Source of the DNA: an uncultured Verrucomicrobiota bacterium
GTDB lineage: Bacteria; Verrucomicrobiota; Verrucomicrobiia; Limisphaerales; AAA164-E04
Direction of reading: 5' to 3'
NCBI GenBank assembly: GCA_964342405.1
Contig: CAYFGX010000002.1
Coordinates: 209,969 to 273,968, forward strand
Length of the DNA: 64,000 nt
Positions 40,232 to 49,486 of this stretch are shown piece after piece. Each line of letters starts with the position of its first letter. Within the stretch, counting starts at the first letter, position 1. The notes under the pieces were generated by a model. That model searched no databases. It saw only the letters and a list, made by a program, of their open reading frames with translations, and was not told where the DNA came from. The position numbers and the translations under genes were made by a program.

Positions 40232-40588
40232 CTAATCAACGGTCAAAGGACCATCAAACACTGTCAGGCTGATCACCTCGTTTAAGGCTTTATGCGGTCC
40301 ATGTTCTTCGCCCTTAGGTGCGTGGAAACAGGTTCCTTTCCGGTAAACAAGGCCGGATTCCTCCCATTCACCTGACAAGATATAGGCTGTTTCATTGGCT
40401 TCACGATGCACATGTGCAGGCACGGTGACACCCGCTCGAAAACGCCGCAATACGGTGACGGCACCACTGGATTCGTCCTTGTAGAGCACCTTTAGATCGA
40501 CCCCCTCATAGGGCCCGGGCTTCCAGTCGATTTCTTCGCTAAGCACAATGTGCGGAAACATCCATAACCAATACCTCCAATCACTCAT
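40232..40588 (-). CDS. Cupin-domain protein (ChrR-like cupin)
   Basis: About 118 aa. The beta-rich motif GVTVPAHVHREANETAYILSGEWEE..G.CFHAPKGEEHGPH is typical of cupin metal-binding motifs. Confidence 0.6.
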   Translation of the reverse strand: MSDWRYWLWMFPHIVLSEEIDWKPGPYEGVDLKVLYKDESSGAVTVLRRFRAGVTVPAHVHREANETAYILSGEWEESGLVYRKGTCFHAPKGEEHGPHKALNEVISLTVFDGPLTVD

Positions 40589-40636
40589 TCCCGCAATGGA
40601 TGAGGTTTCGCTTGCGTGTAGCCATCGTCCAGGTAA

Positions 40637-41218
40637 TTGAAAGGGATGCTAATGTTGCGAGCGCAGGTCGCTCCGGACTGGTTTTCCAAAATTGAATCTA
40701 ATATCGGGGCCGTCCTCGTCGATCACGCCCATCTTGAGAAACGAGCTGCTACCACGGCGCTGACCCTTGAGCGCTATCCGGAGCTCTACGGACGGGTCGA
40801 GGAGCTGAATGCCATCGCCATTGAAGAACTTGAACACTTCCAACTGGTCATGAACCTTCTCCGGAGCCGTCAGATCCCCTATGGTCCGGCCATGCCCAGC
40901 CCCTGGATTAAAGGGCTGATGCGGGCCATGCGAGGCGGGCAGCGCGAGCAAGTGATTGATCATTTGATTTGCTGCAGCCTCATTGAGGGGCGCAGCTGCG
41001 AAAAGTTCCAACTTTTGGCAGACGGCTTTCAGACAAGCGATCCAGAACTCTCCCGCTTCTACGGAAGTCTCGTCGAATCAGAAGGCAACCACTACGCCGC
41101 GTACCTCTTGATGGCACGAGAGATCAATGAAAGAGAAACCGACCGGCGCCTCGATTACTATCTCGATCTCGACGCCGAACTCATGGAGGCTCCCAACCCT
41201 TGGCCAGCACTACATTGA
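40637..41218 (+). CDS. miaE: tRNA-(ms2io6A37)-hydroxylase (non-heme di-iron)
   Basis: VDHAHLEKRAA, EELEHFQLV, SLIEGRSCEKF and ESEGNHY are di-iron ligand blocks characteristic of MiaE. The start is TTG 40637 or ATG 40646. Confidence 0.8.
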   Translation: MKGMLMLRAQVAPDWFSKIESNIGAVLVDHAHLEKRAATTALTLERYPELYGRVEELNAIAIEELEHFQLVMNLLRSRQIPYGPAMPSPWIKGLMRAMRGGQREQVIDHLICCSLIEGRSCEKFQLLADGFQTSDPELSRFYGSLVESEGNHYAAYLLMAREINERETDRRLDYYLDLDAELMEAPNPWPALH

Positions 41219-41298
41219 GCGAGAAGCATCGCGTCTCACTATGTTAATTCGCTATCAATCGTCCCAAACCATTTAGGAATTTCATCCTCGCCCAAAAA

Positions 41299-42651
41299 AT
41301 GCTCTCATCCGCCCCAACGATGCGTTTCCTTTGCCTAATCATCCTATCACTCAGCCTGCTCATACACACGGCTCAAGCTCAGCGATCCGACCGGAAACTG
41401 TCGCGGCCCAATGTGATCCTAATCGTGGCAGAGAATCTGGGTTTCGGGGATCTTGGAGCCTACGGACAAACTCATTTCCAAACCCCTCGCATCGATCAGT
41501 TCGCGAAACAGGGCCTCCGATTTACCAATTACTACGCCGGAAGCAGTATTGGTGTGGCCTCCCGCGGCACGATCATGACAGGAAAACATACCGGCTCGGC
41601 CCGTATCCGCGGCGACAAAAACCTGTCGCTTGCTTCAATGGATCAAACACTCGGTGAGCTGGCTAAACAGGCCGGCTACCATACGGCAGCCATCGGGAAA
41701 TGGGGACTCGGAGATGCGGGCTCAGAGGGCATCCCGACTGTGAAAGGATTCGACGAATGGTTCGGCTACCTCACGGAATCTTCCGCCAACACTCACTACC
41801 CAACCACGCTCTGGCGCAACCAGACCAACCTCTTCTGGTCCGGAAACACGCACGGCAAGCAAGATACCTTCGCCCCTTATCTCTTTACGCAGGCCAGCAC
41901 AAACTTCGTTCACTTGAACCAACGCAAGCCCTTCTTTCTCTACCTCGCTTACGCACTCCCAGCTCCGCCGCTGGAATCTCCCACTGACAAACCCTACAAG
42001 AACGAAACCTGGCCCAAGCCACAAAAGACCTTGGCTGCCATGATGTACCGACTCGATCGTGAAGTTGGACGAATCGTGGATTCACTCAAACAACTCAAAC
42101 TCGATGAGAAAACGGTCGTTCTGTTCACAAGCTCTGGGGGGCCCAAAGCCACCGAGGGCATCGATCCTTCCTTCTTCAACTCAACCGGCAGCCACCGTCA
42201 TCAAGGTGGAGCGCTCTACGAAGGCAGCATTCGCGTCCCACTCATCGTGCGCTGGCCCGGTACGGTCGACGCCGGAAAAACCAGTGCACACATCTGCGCT
42301 GCTTGGGATCTTTACCCAACAATCGCCAACCTAATGGGCATTTCAGAGTTCGACCCGGGCGACGGCATTTCCCTCACCCCGACACTCGTAGGACGCCGTC
42401 AGACCAAGCACTCGTATCTTTACTGGGAGACTCACGAGGGAGAGAACTTCGCTCAAGCAGCGCGAAGTGGAGACTGGAAGGCCGTTCGTTCAGGCCCAGG
42501 TCAAGCTACCGAGCTCTATCGCCTCGACCGCGACCCGACCGAGACAAAGAATCTTGCCGGACGATATCGAAGGACTACTCGTCGGATGGAACGTATCCTC
42601 AACGAAGCTCGAACTCCGTCAAGCGATTGGCCGAGCCCCTTGGATCCCTAG
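41299..42651 (+). CDS. Sulfatase-family protein with degenerate active site (probable non-catalytic homologue)
   Basis: Signal peptide and overall type-I sulfatase blocks (PNVILIVAENLGFGDLG, TGKHTG, GKWGLG, FTSSGGP). The FGly motif reads G-V-A-S-R (G85, 41551-41553) instead of C/S-x-P-x-R. The DD metal pair is E-N. KWHLG is KWGLG. Confidence 0.8.
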   Translation: MLSSAPTMRFLCLIILSLSLLIHTAQAQRSDRKLSRPNVILIVAENLGFGDLGAYGQTHFQTPRIDQFAKQGLRFTNYYAGSSIGVASRGTIMTGKHTGSARIRGDKNLSLASMDQTLGELAKQAGYHTAAIGKWGLGDAGSEGIPTVKGFDEWFGYLTESSANTHYPTTLWRNQTNLFWSGNTHGKQDTFAPYLFTQASTNFVHLNQRKPFFLYLAYALPAPPLESPTDKPYKNETWPKPQKTLAAMMYRLDREVGRIVDSLKQLKLDEKTVVLFTSSGGPKATEGIDPSFFNSTGSHRHQGGALYEGSIRVPLIVRWPGTVDAGKTSAHICAAWDLYPTIANLMGISEFDPGDGISLTPTLVGRRQTKHSYLYWETHEGENFAQAARSGDWKAVRSGPGQATELYRLDRDPTETKNLAGRYRRTTRRMERILNEARTPSSDWPSPLDP

Positions 42652-42682
42652 TCCACGGGTCTCGCAGCCACTCGCGGGCAGG

Positions 42683-43639
42683 CTACAGATTCCAACTAAG
42701 CCTGATCCAGAAGAGAAGCGCGGCAACAGGAATGAAGCTCAGCAGCGTTGAGTAGAAAACGGCTGCAGCAGCCGTTTGGCTATCGGCATCAAATTCATGG
42801 GCCAAGAGGGCCGTATTCACCGCCGTTGGCGCTGCCGATCCGATAATCAGTACCGCCGCAATCGCCGGTTCAAAACGAAAGATTCCAACCAGAATCAAGG
42901 CACACACGGGACCGGCTAGGAGACGAATCGAAAGCGCCCATACAAGCGGCCCACGAAATTCCGATCGCTTGGTCTTGGAAAGCTGCACGCCGAGCGTGAC
43001 CAGGGCGAGCCCAACGAGAGCATCCGCGAGAAACTCGGCCGGTTTCCAGATAAACACAACCTCATCAATAGGAAAGTCAGCGAGCTTCAGTCCAATCGCC
43101 GTGAATATGGCATAGAGAGATGGCTGTCGAAATACTGGCCCTAAGCTCAGTCGCAAAGACTTATTCTTCGGGCACGGCTCCGCCGTCGCAAGCATGAGTC
43201 CCAACGAGAAAGTCGCAATGTTCATTGTCATCAGAACGAACACTTGTACTCCGGGTCCGAACTCTGGAAAAGCTAAGGCCGTCAGTGGGATACCATAGTT
43301 CCCACTGTTGTAGAACATGCTGGTCAACAGCAGGGTTCTCTTGTGTTCAGTCGAATAGCCGCGAAGCTTGGCAAGCAACAAACTCAGGAATCCCATCGAA
43401 CCGATCATGGTGATCGTGAATCCGACGATCAGTAAACCGAGACCTGTCGCCACCTCAGAATTCGTCACTCTTACGAAGATGAAGGCAGGGACGAACAGAT
43501 AGATATTGAGCTTTACCAGCGTTTCAAGATCGAGCCGGAAACGCCGATCGAAGTACCATCCCAATCCAATCACGGACAGAATGGGGAAACAAACATCTCG
43601 TAGAATGACCCAAACTGTCGCGAGAGGATCAGCGCTCAT
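42683..43639 (-). CDS. AEC (auxin efflux carrier) family transporter
   Basis: About 10 TM helices, 318 aa. The N-terminal and C-terminal halves resemble the membrane-transport (Mem_trans) family, e.g. LLTSMFYNSGNYGIPL. Confidence 0.75.
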   Translation of the reverse strand: MSADPLATVWVILRDVCFPILSVIGLGWYFDRRFRLDLETLVKLNIYLFVPAFIFVRVTNSEVATGLGLLIVGFTITMIGSMGFLSLLLAKLRGYSTEHKRTLLLTSMFYNSGNYGIPLTALAFPEFGPGVQVFVLMTMNIATFSLGLMLATAEPCPKNKSLRLSLGPVFRQPSLYAIFTAIGLKLADFPIDEVVFIWKPAEFLADALVGLALVTLGVQLSKTKRSEFRGPLVWALSIRLLAGPVCALILVGIFRFEPAIAAVLIIGSAAPTAVNTALLAHEFDADSQTAAAAVFYSTLLSFIPVAALLFWIRLSWNL

Positions 43640-43675
43640 TCGACGAGAAAGGAAATCTTGAGCCCTTCAGCGCGG

Positions 43676-45097
43676 CTAAGCACTGGCACTCATCGGGCGC
43701 GATGCGAAACCAAACGCACGTCGCTCCTTGATTTGCGCGACAATATCGGCAGGAACCGATTGCTCCCAGGTGGCGTTGTCGGTCTCAATCCCCCGAATGA
43801 TATCATCATGGTCGGCTTCGAGGCATTCCTCGCGATATCCCCGAATCGACTCGATTCGCTGATTCTCGGCGAGGTGCCGATACAAGTGTCTGAGATGGGA
43901 GGCGACTTGGAGGTTCTCTGCCGTGATCGTCGCTCCCGTCTTCTTGTGCCGGGTCGGATAGCTGTAGACTTTCAAGTCATTCTTAAACATCCGTCCGAAA
44001 GACTCCAGAATACCACCAGAGAGATCCGTGTAATACTTCTCTTCAAATAACTCCTGTAGGCTCGGAATTCCCATGACCAGACCAACCATCTTGTTCGTGT
44101 ATCGGAACAAGTAACTGGCGAGCCGATAGAATCGGTAGTAGTTGGAAATCAATACAGGATGCCCCAGTGAAGCGAGAATATCAGCCCGGTCGAGAAAGTC
44201 TTTGGAATCCACGCCGACATCTCCGACCAATTGCTTCATGTTCATCTCGAAAAGAACCAAAGGTTCCTCGCCCTCGTTCTGAGGCTCTTGAATGAAATGT
44301 GCCTGGGCACATTCCAACATGTCCAGATGAACATTGGACGGAGGTCTGAAGGATCCCCGTTCAACAAGCACGGGACGCTTATAAAGAACTTCAGCCGGTT
44401 GGACGACCTCTCCATTCGCCGTAAACATCGCAGCCCGGGTCACACCAAACTCCACGAGCTTCAGAGCCATCAAGCGATTGTCCAATCCCTCAAACGCGGG
44501 CCCCGTCATCTTAATCATATCGATCTCGATGCGGCGATCCGTCAACCCATCCACTAGCGAACGAATCAACGAATCTGGATCTTTGAAGAGAACCGTGGCG
44601 CCATAGATCAGATTCACACCGATAATTCCCAGAGCATCCTGTTGTTGAATATTTTCGGGATCAAGGAGGCGAGCATGAATAATCACCTGAGACGATTCCG
44701 CTTTCGGTTCGTGCTGAAAACGTACCCCCATCCACCCATGAGAGTCAGAGTCGCGCTGGTAACTCTTGGCTGCAACGGTATTGGCGAAAGCAAAGAAGCG
44801 AGAACTGTCACCCCGCTTTTCATCGAGTCTTTCTAAAAGCAACTCGTACTCCCGACTCAGCATGGTCGTCAGACGTTCACGGCTGACATAGCGCTTGGCA
44901 CTGCCGTAGATGGCATCGCTGAATTGCATGTCGTAGGCTGACATCGTTTTAGCGATGCTCCCCGAGGCTCCGCCGACACGAAAAAACCATCTCGCGACCT
45001 CCTGGCCCGCTCCGATTTCAGCGAGCGTCCCGTAGACAGAATTATCGAGATTCAACTCGAATGCTTTTTGAGAAGTATCCAGCGTTGCAGTGTTCAT
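43676..45097 (-). CDS. Conserved hypothetical cytoplasmic protein (473 aa), function unknown
   Basis: Long uninterrupted ORF with non-repetitive, globular-looking composition. No signal peptide or TM helix. N-terminal block GTLAEIGAGQEVARWFFRVGGASGSIAKTMSAYDM. No family confidently recognised. Confidence 0.6.
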   Translation of the reverse strand: MNTATLDTSQKAFELNLDNSVYGTLAEIGAGQEVARWFFRVGGASGSIAKTMSAYDMQFSDAIYGSAKRYVSRERLTTMLSREYELLLERLDEKRGDSSRFFAFANTVAAKSYQRDSDSHGWMGVRFQHEPKAESSQVIIHARLLDPENIQQQDALGIIGVNLIYGATVLFKDPDSLIRSLVDGLTDRRIEIDMIKMTGPAFEGLDNRLMALKLVEFGVTRAAMFTANGEVVQPAEVLYKRPVLVERGSFRPPSNVHLDMLECAQAHFIQEPQNEGEEPLVLFEMNMKQLVGDVGVDSKDFLDRADILASLGHPVLISNYYRFYRLASYLFRYTNKMVGLVMGIPSLQELFEEKYYTDLSGGILESFGRMFKNDLKVYSYPTRHKKTGATITAENLQVASHLRHLYRHLAENQRIESIRGYREECLEADHDDIIRGIETDNATWEQSVPADIVAQIKERRAFGFASRPMSASA

Positions 45098-45123
45098 TCT
45101 TGGAATTCGCGATCTTGAACGGA

Positions 45124-47784
45124 CTAGGATTTCAAGGCAGCTCGAGCGGCTTCTAAACTCTTTTGCGTATGAGCCAGTTTGTCACCCCATTCTGCCAATC
45201 GTTTCCGATGTTCATCAACGACGGCTGGAGGTGCCTTGGCGGCAAAATTCGGATTGCTCAACTTAGCGTTGGCCTTCTCAATCTCCTTCTCGATCTTCTC
45301 GGCTTCCTTGGTCAACCGCTCCACCTCGGCCTCGAAATCGACCAAGCCTTCCAATGGCAAGTAGAGATCTCCCAGCTCGGAGTGAACACTTGGTGTTCCT
45401 TGAGGCGCTTCGTAGTCGGGATCGAGATCAAGGGGTTCCGCATTCAACAAGCCCTGGAGAACGCTCGCGTCATGGGGCATGATCTCGCGGGAATTCTTCA
45501 TGACGAAGCGCACCCGCTTGTTTGAAGCGATGTTTGCTTCCGCTCGAAGGTTCCGTCCTTCTCTCACCAGGGCATACTTCGCTTCCACAAACTCGAGATA
45601 ACAGTCATCGAGTCCATAACAGTCCTTGAAGTCTTGATCAAAGGCTTTCGGCCAGCGGGCGTTCATCACGGTAAAGCCTCCTTGCTCCTCGGGAAGTTCC
45701 GTGGCGAAGCCCATTCCCTGCCAAAGCTCTTCCGTGATGAACGGCAAAAAGGGATGGAGGAGTCGCAGGGTGTTCCCCAGGACAAAATCAATGACCGCCA
45801 AGGTATTCGCTTTCTGAGCCTCGTCCTCTCCATAGAGTATCGCCTTGGAAGCCTCGACATACCAATCGCAGTATTCACTCCAAAAGAAGCGATAAAGAAC
45901 ATTGGTTGCCTCGTTCAACTTGTGCTCTTCAATTGAGGCAGTGACCTCGTCGATCGCACGACCTAGCTTCAATAGAATCCACTTGTCATCCGTGGTCAGA
46001 AGGCCTTCATTCAACTCAGCTTCTGTTTCGCCGCCTTGCATCTGACGAAAGCGGCAAGCGTTCCAAAGCTTGTTACAGAAGTTTCGTCCCAGCTCCACAT
46101 TCTGTTCGTCGAACAACGTATCTTGCCCGCGGGGTGTCGAACGCATGATTCCAAACCGAAGCGCATCTGCTCCGTACTGCGCAATCAAATCCAAGGGGTC
46201 CGGGGAATTGCCAAGACTCTTCGACATCTTTCTTCCTTGTCGATCTCGGACGATGCCATGAAGCACGACCGTCTCGAAGGGCTTCACATCCTTGTATTCC
46301 AAGCCCGCCATAATCATTCGAGCCACCCAGAAGAAAAGAATCTCAGGGGCGGTGACCAGTACTGAGGTCGGATAGAATTTTTTGAGCGTAGCCTCATCCA
46401 TCGTGGCAAAAGGCCACAACCATGAAGAACACCAGGTGTCTAGAACGTCTGGATCTTGAGTCCAATCATCGCCTGGGGAATCCACTTGGCATTTAACCTC
46501 ATCACCACGATACCAGACCGGAATCTGATGCCCCCACCAAAGCTGTCGGCTGATACACCAGTCCTGCAGGTTCTCCATCCAGTGATCGTAGACCTTAGTC
46601 CAACGTTCCGGAAAAAACTTCATTTCACCGGAGTCCACAACTTCCTTGGCTTGTGCGGCGCTCGGGTACTTCATGAACCATTGCTCCGAGAGACGAGGCT
46701 CAATGGGAACATCCGCACGTTCGCTGAATCCGACATTGTTGGTGTAGGCTTCTTCTTTCTCCAACAGGCCCATTTCATCCAACACCTGGGACGCTACCTT
46801 CCGTGCCTTGAATCGATCCAATCCCTTGAGATCTGCGCCAGCGGCCTCGGCCATGCGCCCATCAGATTCGATCACTTCAATCACAGCTAGAGAATGTCGC
46901 TCGCCGATCTCAAAGTCGGCTTTGTCATGCGCAGGGGTCACCTTGAGCACACCTGTTCCGAATTCAAAATCAACATGCTCATCCGCGACGATCGGGATTT
47001 GCTTCTCGTCATCTGAGAGTTCCCGAGGCAGAGGTCGACGGACATGTTTCCCGATGTATTTCGCATAACGGGGATCCTTCGGATTGACGGCGATTCCTGA
47101 GTCACCTGGGATCGTTTCGGGTCGGGTGGTTGCAATGGTGAGAAAGGTTCCCGGTTCTTCAATGATCTCCACCTTGAAGTAATAGAGAAGCCCCTTCTGC
47201 TCTTTCATGATCACCTCTTCATCTGAAAGAGCCGTCAAGGATACCGGACACCAGTTCACCATTCGCTTCCCTCGATAGATCAGCCCCTTGTTATAGAGAT
47301 CTACAAAGGTTTCCGCCACCATTCGCGAGTAGTCCTCATCCATGGTGAATCGTTCTCTCGACCAGTCGCAGGAACAGCCCAACTTCTTCAACTGATCGAT
47401 GATGATTCCGCCGTGCTTCTCCTTCCACTGCCACACCTTCTCGATGAATTTCTCACGGCCGAGATCATGACGGGATTGACCCTGTTCTTTCTTCAGCCGT
47501 TTCTCCACCACAACCTGGGTGGCGATTCCCGCGTGGTCTGTCCCTGGAAGCCAGAGCACTTCGCAACCATCCATTCTCGCCTTCCTCGCAAGAATGTCTT
47601 GGATCGTATTGTTGAGCACGTGTCCCATGTGAAGAACGCCGGTCACATTGGGCGGAGGGATCACAATGGAGAAGGCAGGCTTCGATGATTGTGGATCCGC
47701 TTGGAAGCAATCATGGTCCAACCATCGTTGATACCATTTGGACTCAAAGTTCTGCGGTTCGTATGCTTTTGGGATGTCGGACAT
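45124..47784 (-). CDS. valS: Valine--tRNA ligase
   Basis: From ATG 47784: MSDIPKAYEPQNFESKWYQRW, HIGH motif (PNVTGVLHMGH), KMSKS, and a C-terminal coiled coil. The ORF-track start at 47859 overlaps cimA and is rejected. Confidence 0.97.
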   Translation of the reverse strand: MSDIPKAYEPQNFESKWYQRWLDHDCFQADPQSSKPAFSIVIPPPNVTGVLHMGHVLNNTIQDILARKARMDGCEVLWLPGTDHAGIATQVVVEKRLKKEQGQSRHDLGREKFIEKVWQWKEKHGGIIIDQLKKLGCSCDWSRERFTMDEDYSRMVAETFVDLYNKGLIYRGKRMVNWCPVSLTALSDEEVIMKEQKGLLYYFKVEIIEEPGTFLTIATTRPETIPGDSGIAVNPKDPRYAKYIGKHVRRPLPRELSDDEKQIPIVADEHVDFEFGTGVLKVTPAHDKADFEIGERHSLAVIEVIESDGRMAEAAGADLKGLDRFKARKVASQVLDEMGLLEKEEAYTNNVGFSERADVPIEPRLSEQWFMKYPSAAQAKEVVDSGEMKFFPERWTKVYDHWMENLQDWCISRQLWWGHQIPVWYRGDEVKCQVDSPGDDWTQDPDVLDTWCSSWLWPFATMDEATLKKFYPTSVLVTAPEILFFWVARMIMAGLEYKDVKPFETVVLHGIVRDRQGRKMSKSLGNSPDPLDLIAQYGADALRFGIMRSTPRGQDTLFDEQNVELGRNFCNKLWNACRFRQMQGGETEAELNEGLLTTDDKWILLKLGRAIDEVTASIEEHKLNEATNVLYRFFWSEYCDWYVEASKAILYGEDEAQKANTLAVIDFVLGNTLRLLHPFLPFITEELWQGMGFATELPEEQGGFTVMNARWPKAFDQDFKDCYGLDDCYLEFVEAKYALVREGRNLRAEANIASNKRVRFVMKNSREIMPHDASVLQGLLNAEPLDLDPDYEAPQGTPSVHSELGDLYLPLEGLVDFEAEVERLTKEAEKIEKEIEKANAKLSNPNFAAKAPPAVVDEHRKRLAEWGDKLAHTQKSLEAARAALKS

Positions 47785-47821
47785 AGAGCACTCGTTCGTA
47801 GATTTCTGGATCACGCGAAGC

Positions 47822-49438
47822 CTAACGCCGCGCTTTCTTCTTCTTAGCCTTGGACGCAACAGCTGGCTTCTGAATCATTAACCGATACTCCAAACTGTCG
47901 ATCAGAGCTCGGAGACTGGCTTCGACGATATTGTCATGGGCGGCAACCGTACACCAACTGGTCGTCCCGTCGGAGGATTCGAGAAAGACTCGCGTCTTGG
48001 CCGCCGTGCCACTGGAGGAGTCCAGAATCCTCACCTTGTAATCGATCAGCTTCACCGGTCCTACCTGCTTGGGAAAGAACTGACGAAGGGCCAATCGCAA
48101 GGCCCCGTCCAACGCGTTTACGGGTCCGTCTCCCTCAGCAACGGTATGGGCGACTTCGTCTCCCACACGAACTTTAGTCGTCGCCTGACAGACAGAAGTC
48201 TGGTCATCTCGACGCATGGAAACATGATAGCCTTCCACTTCAAAGGGTAGCGAAACTCCCTTAATTCTTCGATGTATGAGAAGCGCCAAAGAAGCCTCTG
48301 CCGCCTCAAACTCATAGCCCTCGTGCTCAAGTTTTTTGACATCTTTCAAGATGTCTTTGAGTTCGGGAGTACTGTTATCGATGTTGAAACCCATTTCCTG
48401 GGCCTTCATGACGATATTGCTTCGGCCCGCTAAGTCGCTCATCAGAATCCGACGATGGTTGCCCACGGTTTCCGGCTGGCTGTGCTCGAAGCTATGAGCC
48501 ACCTTCTGTACTGCATTGACATGCATGCCACCTTTGTGAGCAAAGGCTGAAGACCCTACCCACGGTCGTCGACTTTCGTGAGCCAAGTTTGCGATTTCCG
48601 CCACGTAGTTCGAAAGATCCACGAGAGACCGGATCGACTTCTTCGGCACGCAGGGCCGGTTCATCTTGAGAGCCACGTTAGGGATGATCGAAGTGAGGCT
48701 GCAGTTTCCGGTCCGCTCACCGTATCCGTTGATCGTTCCTTGTACTTGCATTGCTCCGACATCGATCGCTGCCAAAGCGTTGGCAACACCGAGGCCGATA
48801 TCATCGTGGGTATGGATCCCAATCGGGCAAGCGACTTTCTCTACGGCTTCCTGAGTGATGCGCTGCACCTCAGACGGTAGGCTGCCGCCGTTCGTGTCAC
48901 AGAGCGTTACCGTATCTGCTCCAGCTTCAGCAGCGGCGATCCAAGTTTGCAGAGCATAATCAGGGCTGTCCTTGAAACCATCAAACGCATGCTCCGCATC
49001 ATAGATCACGTAGCGTCCATTTTTCTTCAAGTAGCGGACCGTATCGGCGATCATCTTGAGATTCTCCTCTGGAGTCGTCTTGATGACCTCTTGGACGTGC
49101 AAAAGCCAGGTCTTTCCAAAAATCGTGACGACCGGAGTCTCAGCCTTGAGCAACAACTCCACTTGAGCGTCCTTGTGCACCTTGACCCCCTTCCGTCGCG
49201 TGGAACCAAAGGCCGCGATCTTCGCTTTTTTCCATCGACGCTTCCGAGCCAGCTCGAAGAATTCAATGTCACGAGGATTGGATCCCGGCCATCCACCCTC
49301 AATGTAGTGAATTCCAAAATGGTCGAAGCGTTCGGCGAGACGAATCTTATCGGCCACCGAGAAGTTAACTCCCTCGCCTTGCGTGCCATCACGCAAGGTC
49401 GTGTCGTAGATTTCGATTTTGGAATTTTTCTTAGCCAT
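47822..49438 (-). CDS. cimA: Citramalate synthase (LeuA/CimA family, long-form CimA type)
   Basis: IEIYDTTLRDGTQGEGVNFSVADKIRLAERFDHFGIHYIEGGWPGSNPRDIEFF and the C-terminal LeuA-dimer-like regulatory domain match the citramalate synthase subfamily rather than classical LeuA. Confidence 0.8.
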   Translation of the reverse strand: MAKKNSKIEIYDTTLRDGTQGEGVNFSVADKIRLAERFDHFGIHYIEGGWPGSNPRDIEFFELARKRRWKKAKIAAFGSTRRKGVKVHKDAQVELLLKAETPVVTIFGKTWLLHVQEVIKTTPEENLKMIADTVRYLKKNGRYVIYDAEHAFDGFKDSPDYALQTWIAAAEAGADTVTLCDTNGGSLPSEVQRITQEAVEKVACPIGIHTHDDIGLGVANALAAIDVGAMQVQGTINGYGERTGNCSLTSIIPNVALKMNRPCVPKKSIRSLVDLSNYVAEIANLAHESRRPWVGSSAFAHKGGMHVNAVQKVAHSFEHSQPETVGNHRRILMSDLAGRSNIVMKAQEMGFNIDNSTPELKDILKDVKKLEHEGYEFEAAEASLALLIHRRIKGVSLPFEVEGYHVSMRRDDQTSVCQATTKVRVGDEVAHTVAEGDGPVNALDGALRLALRQFFPKQVGPVKLIDYKVRILDSSSGTAAKTRVFLESSDGTTSWCTVAAHDNIVEASLRALIDSLEYRLMIQKPAVASKAKKKKARR

Positions 49439-49486
49439 GGGATCGTTGGTAAACGGTTAGAAGTGCAGCCGTGAGAAGGCGAGAGG

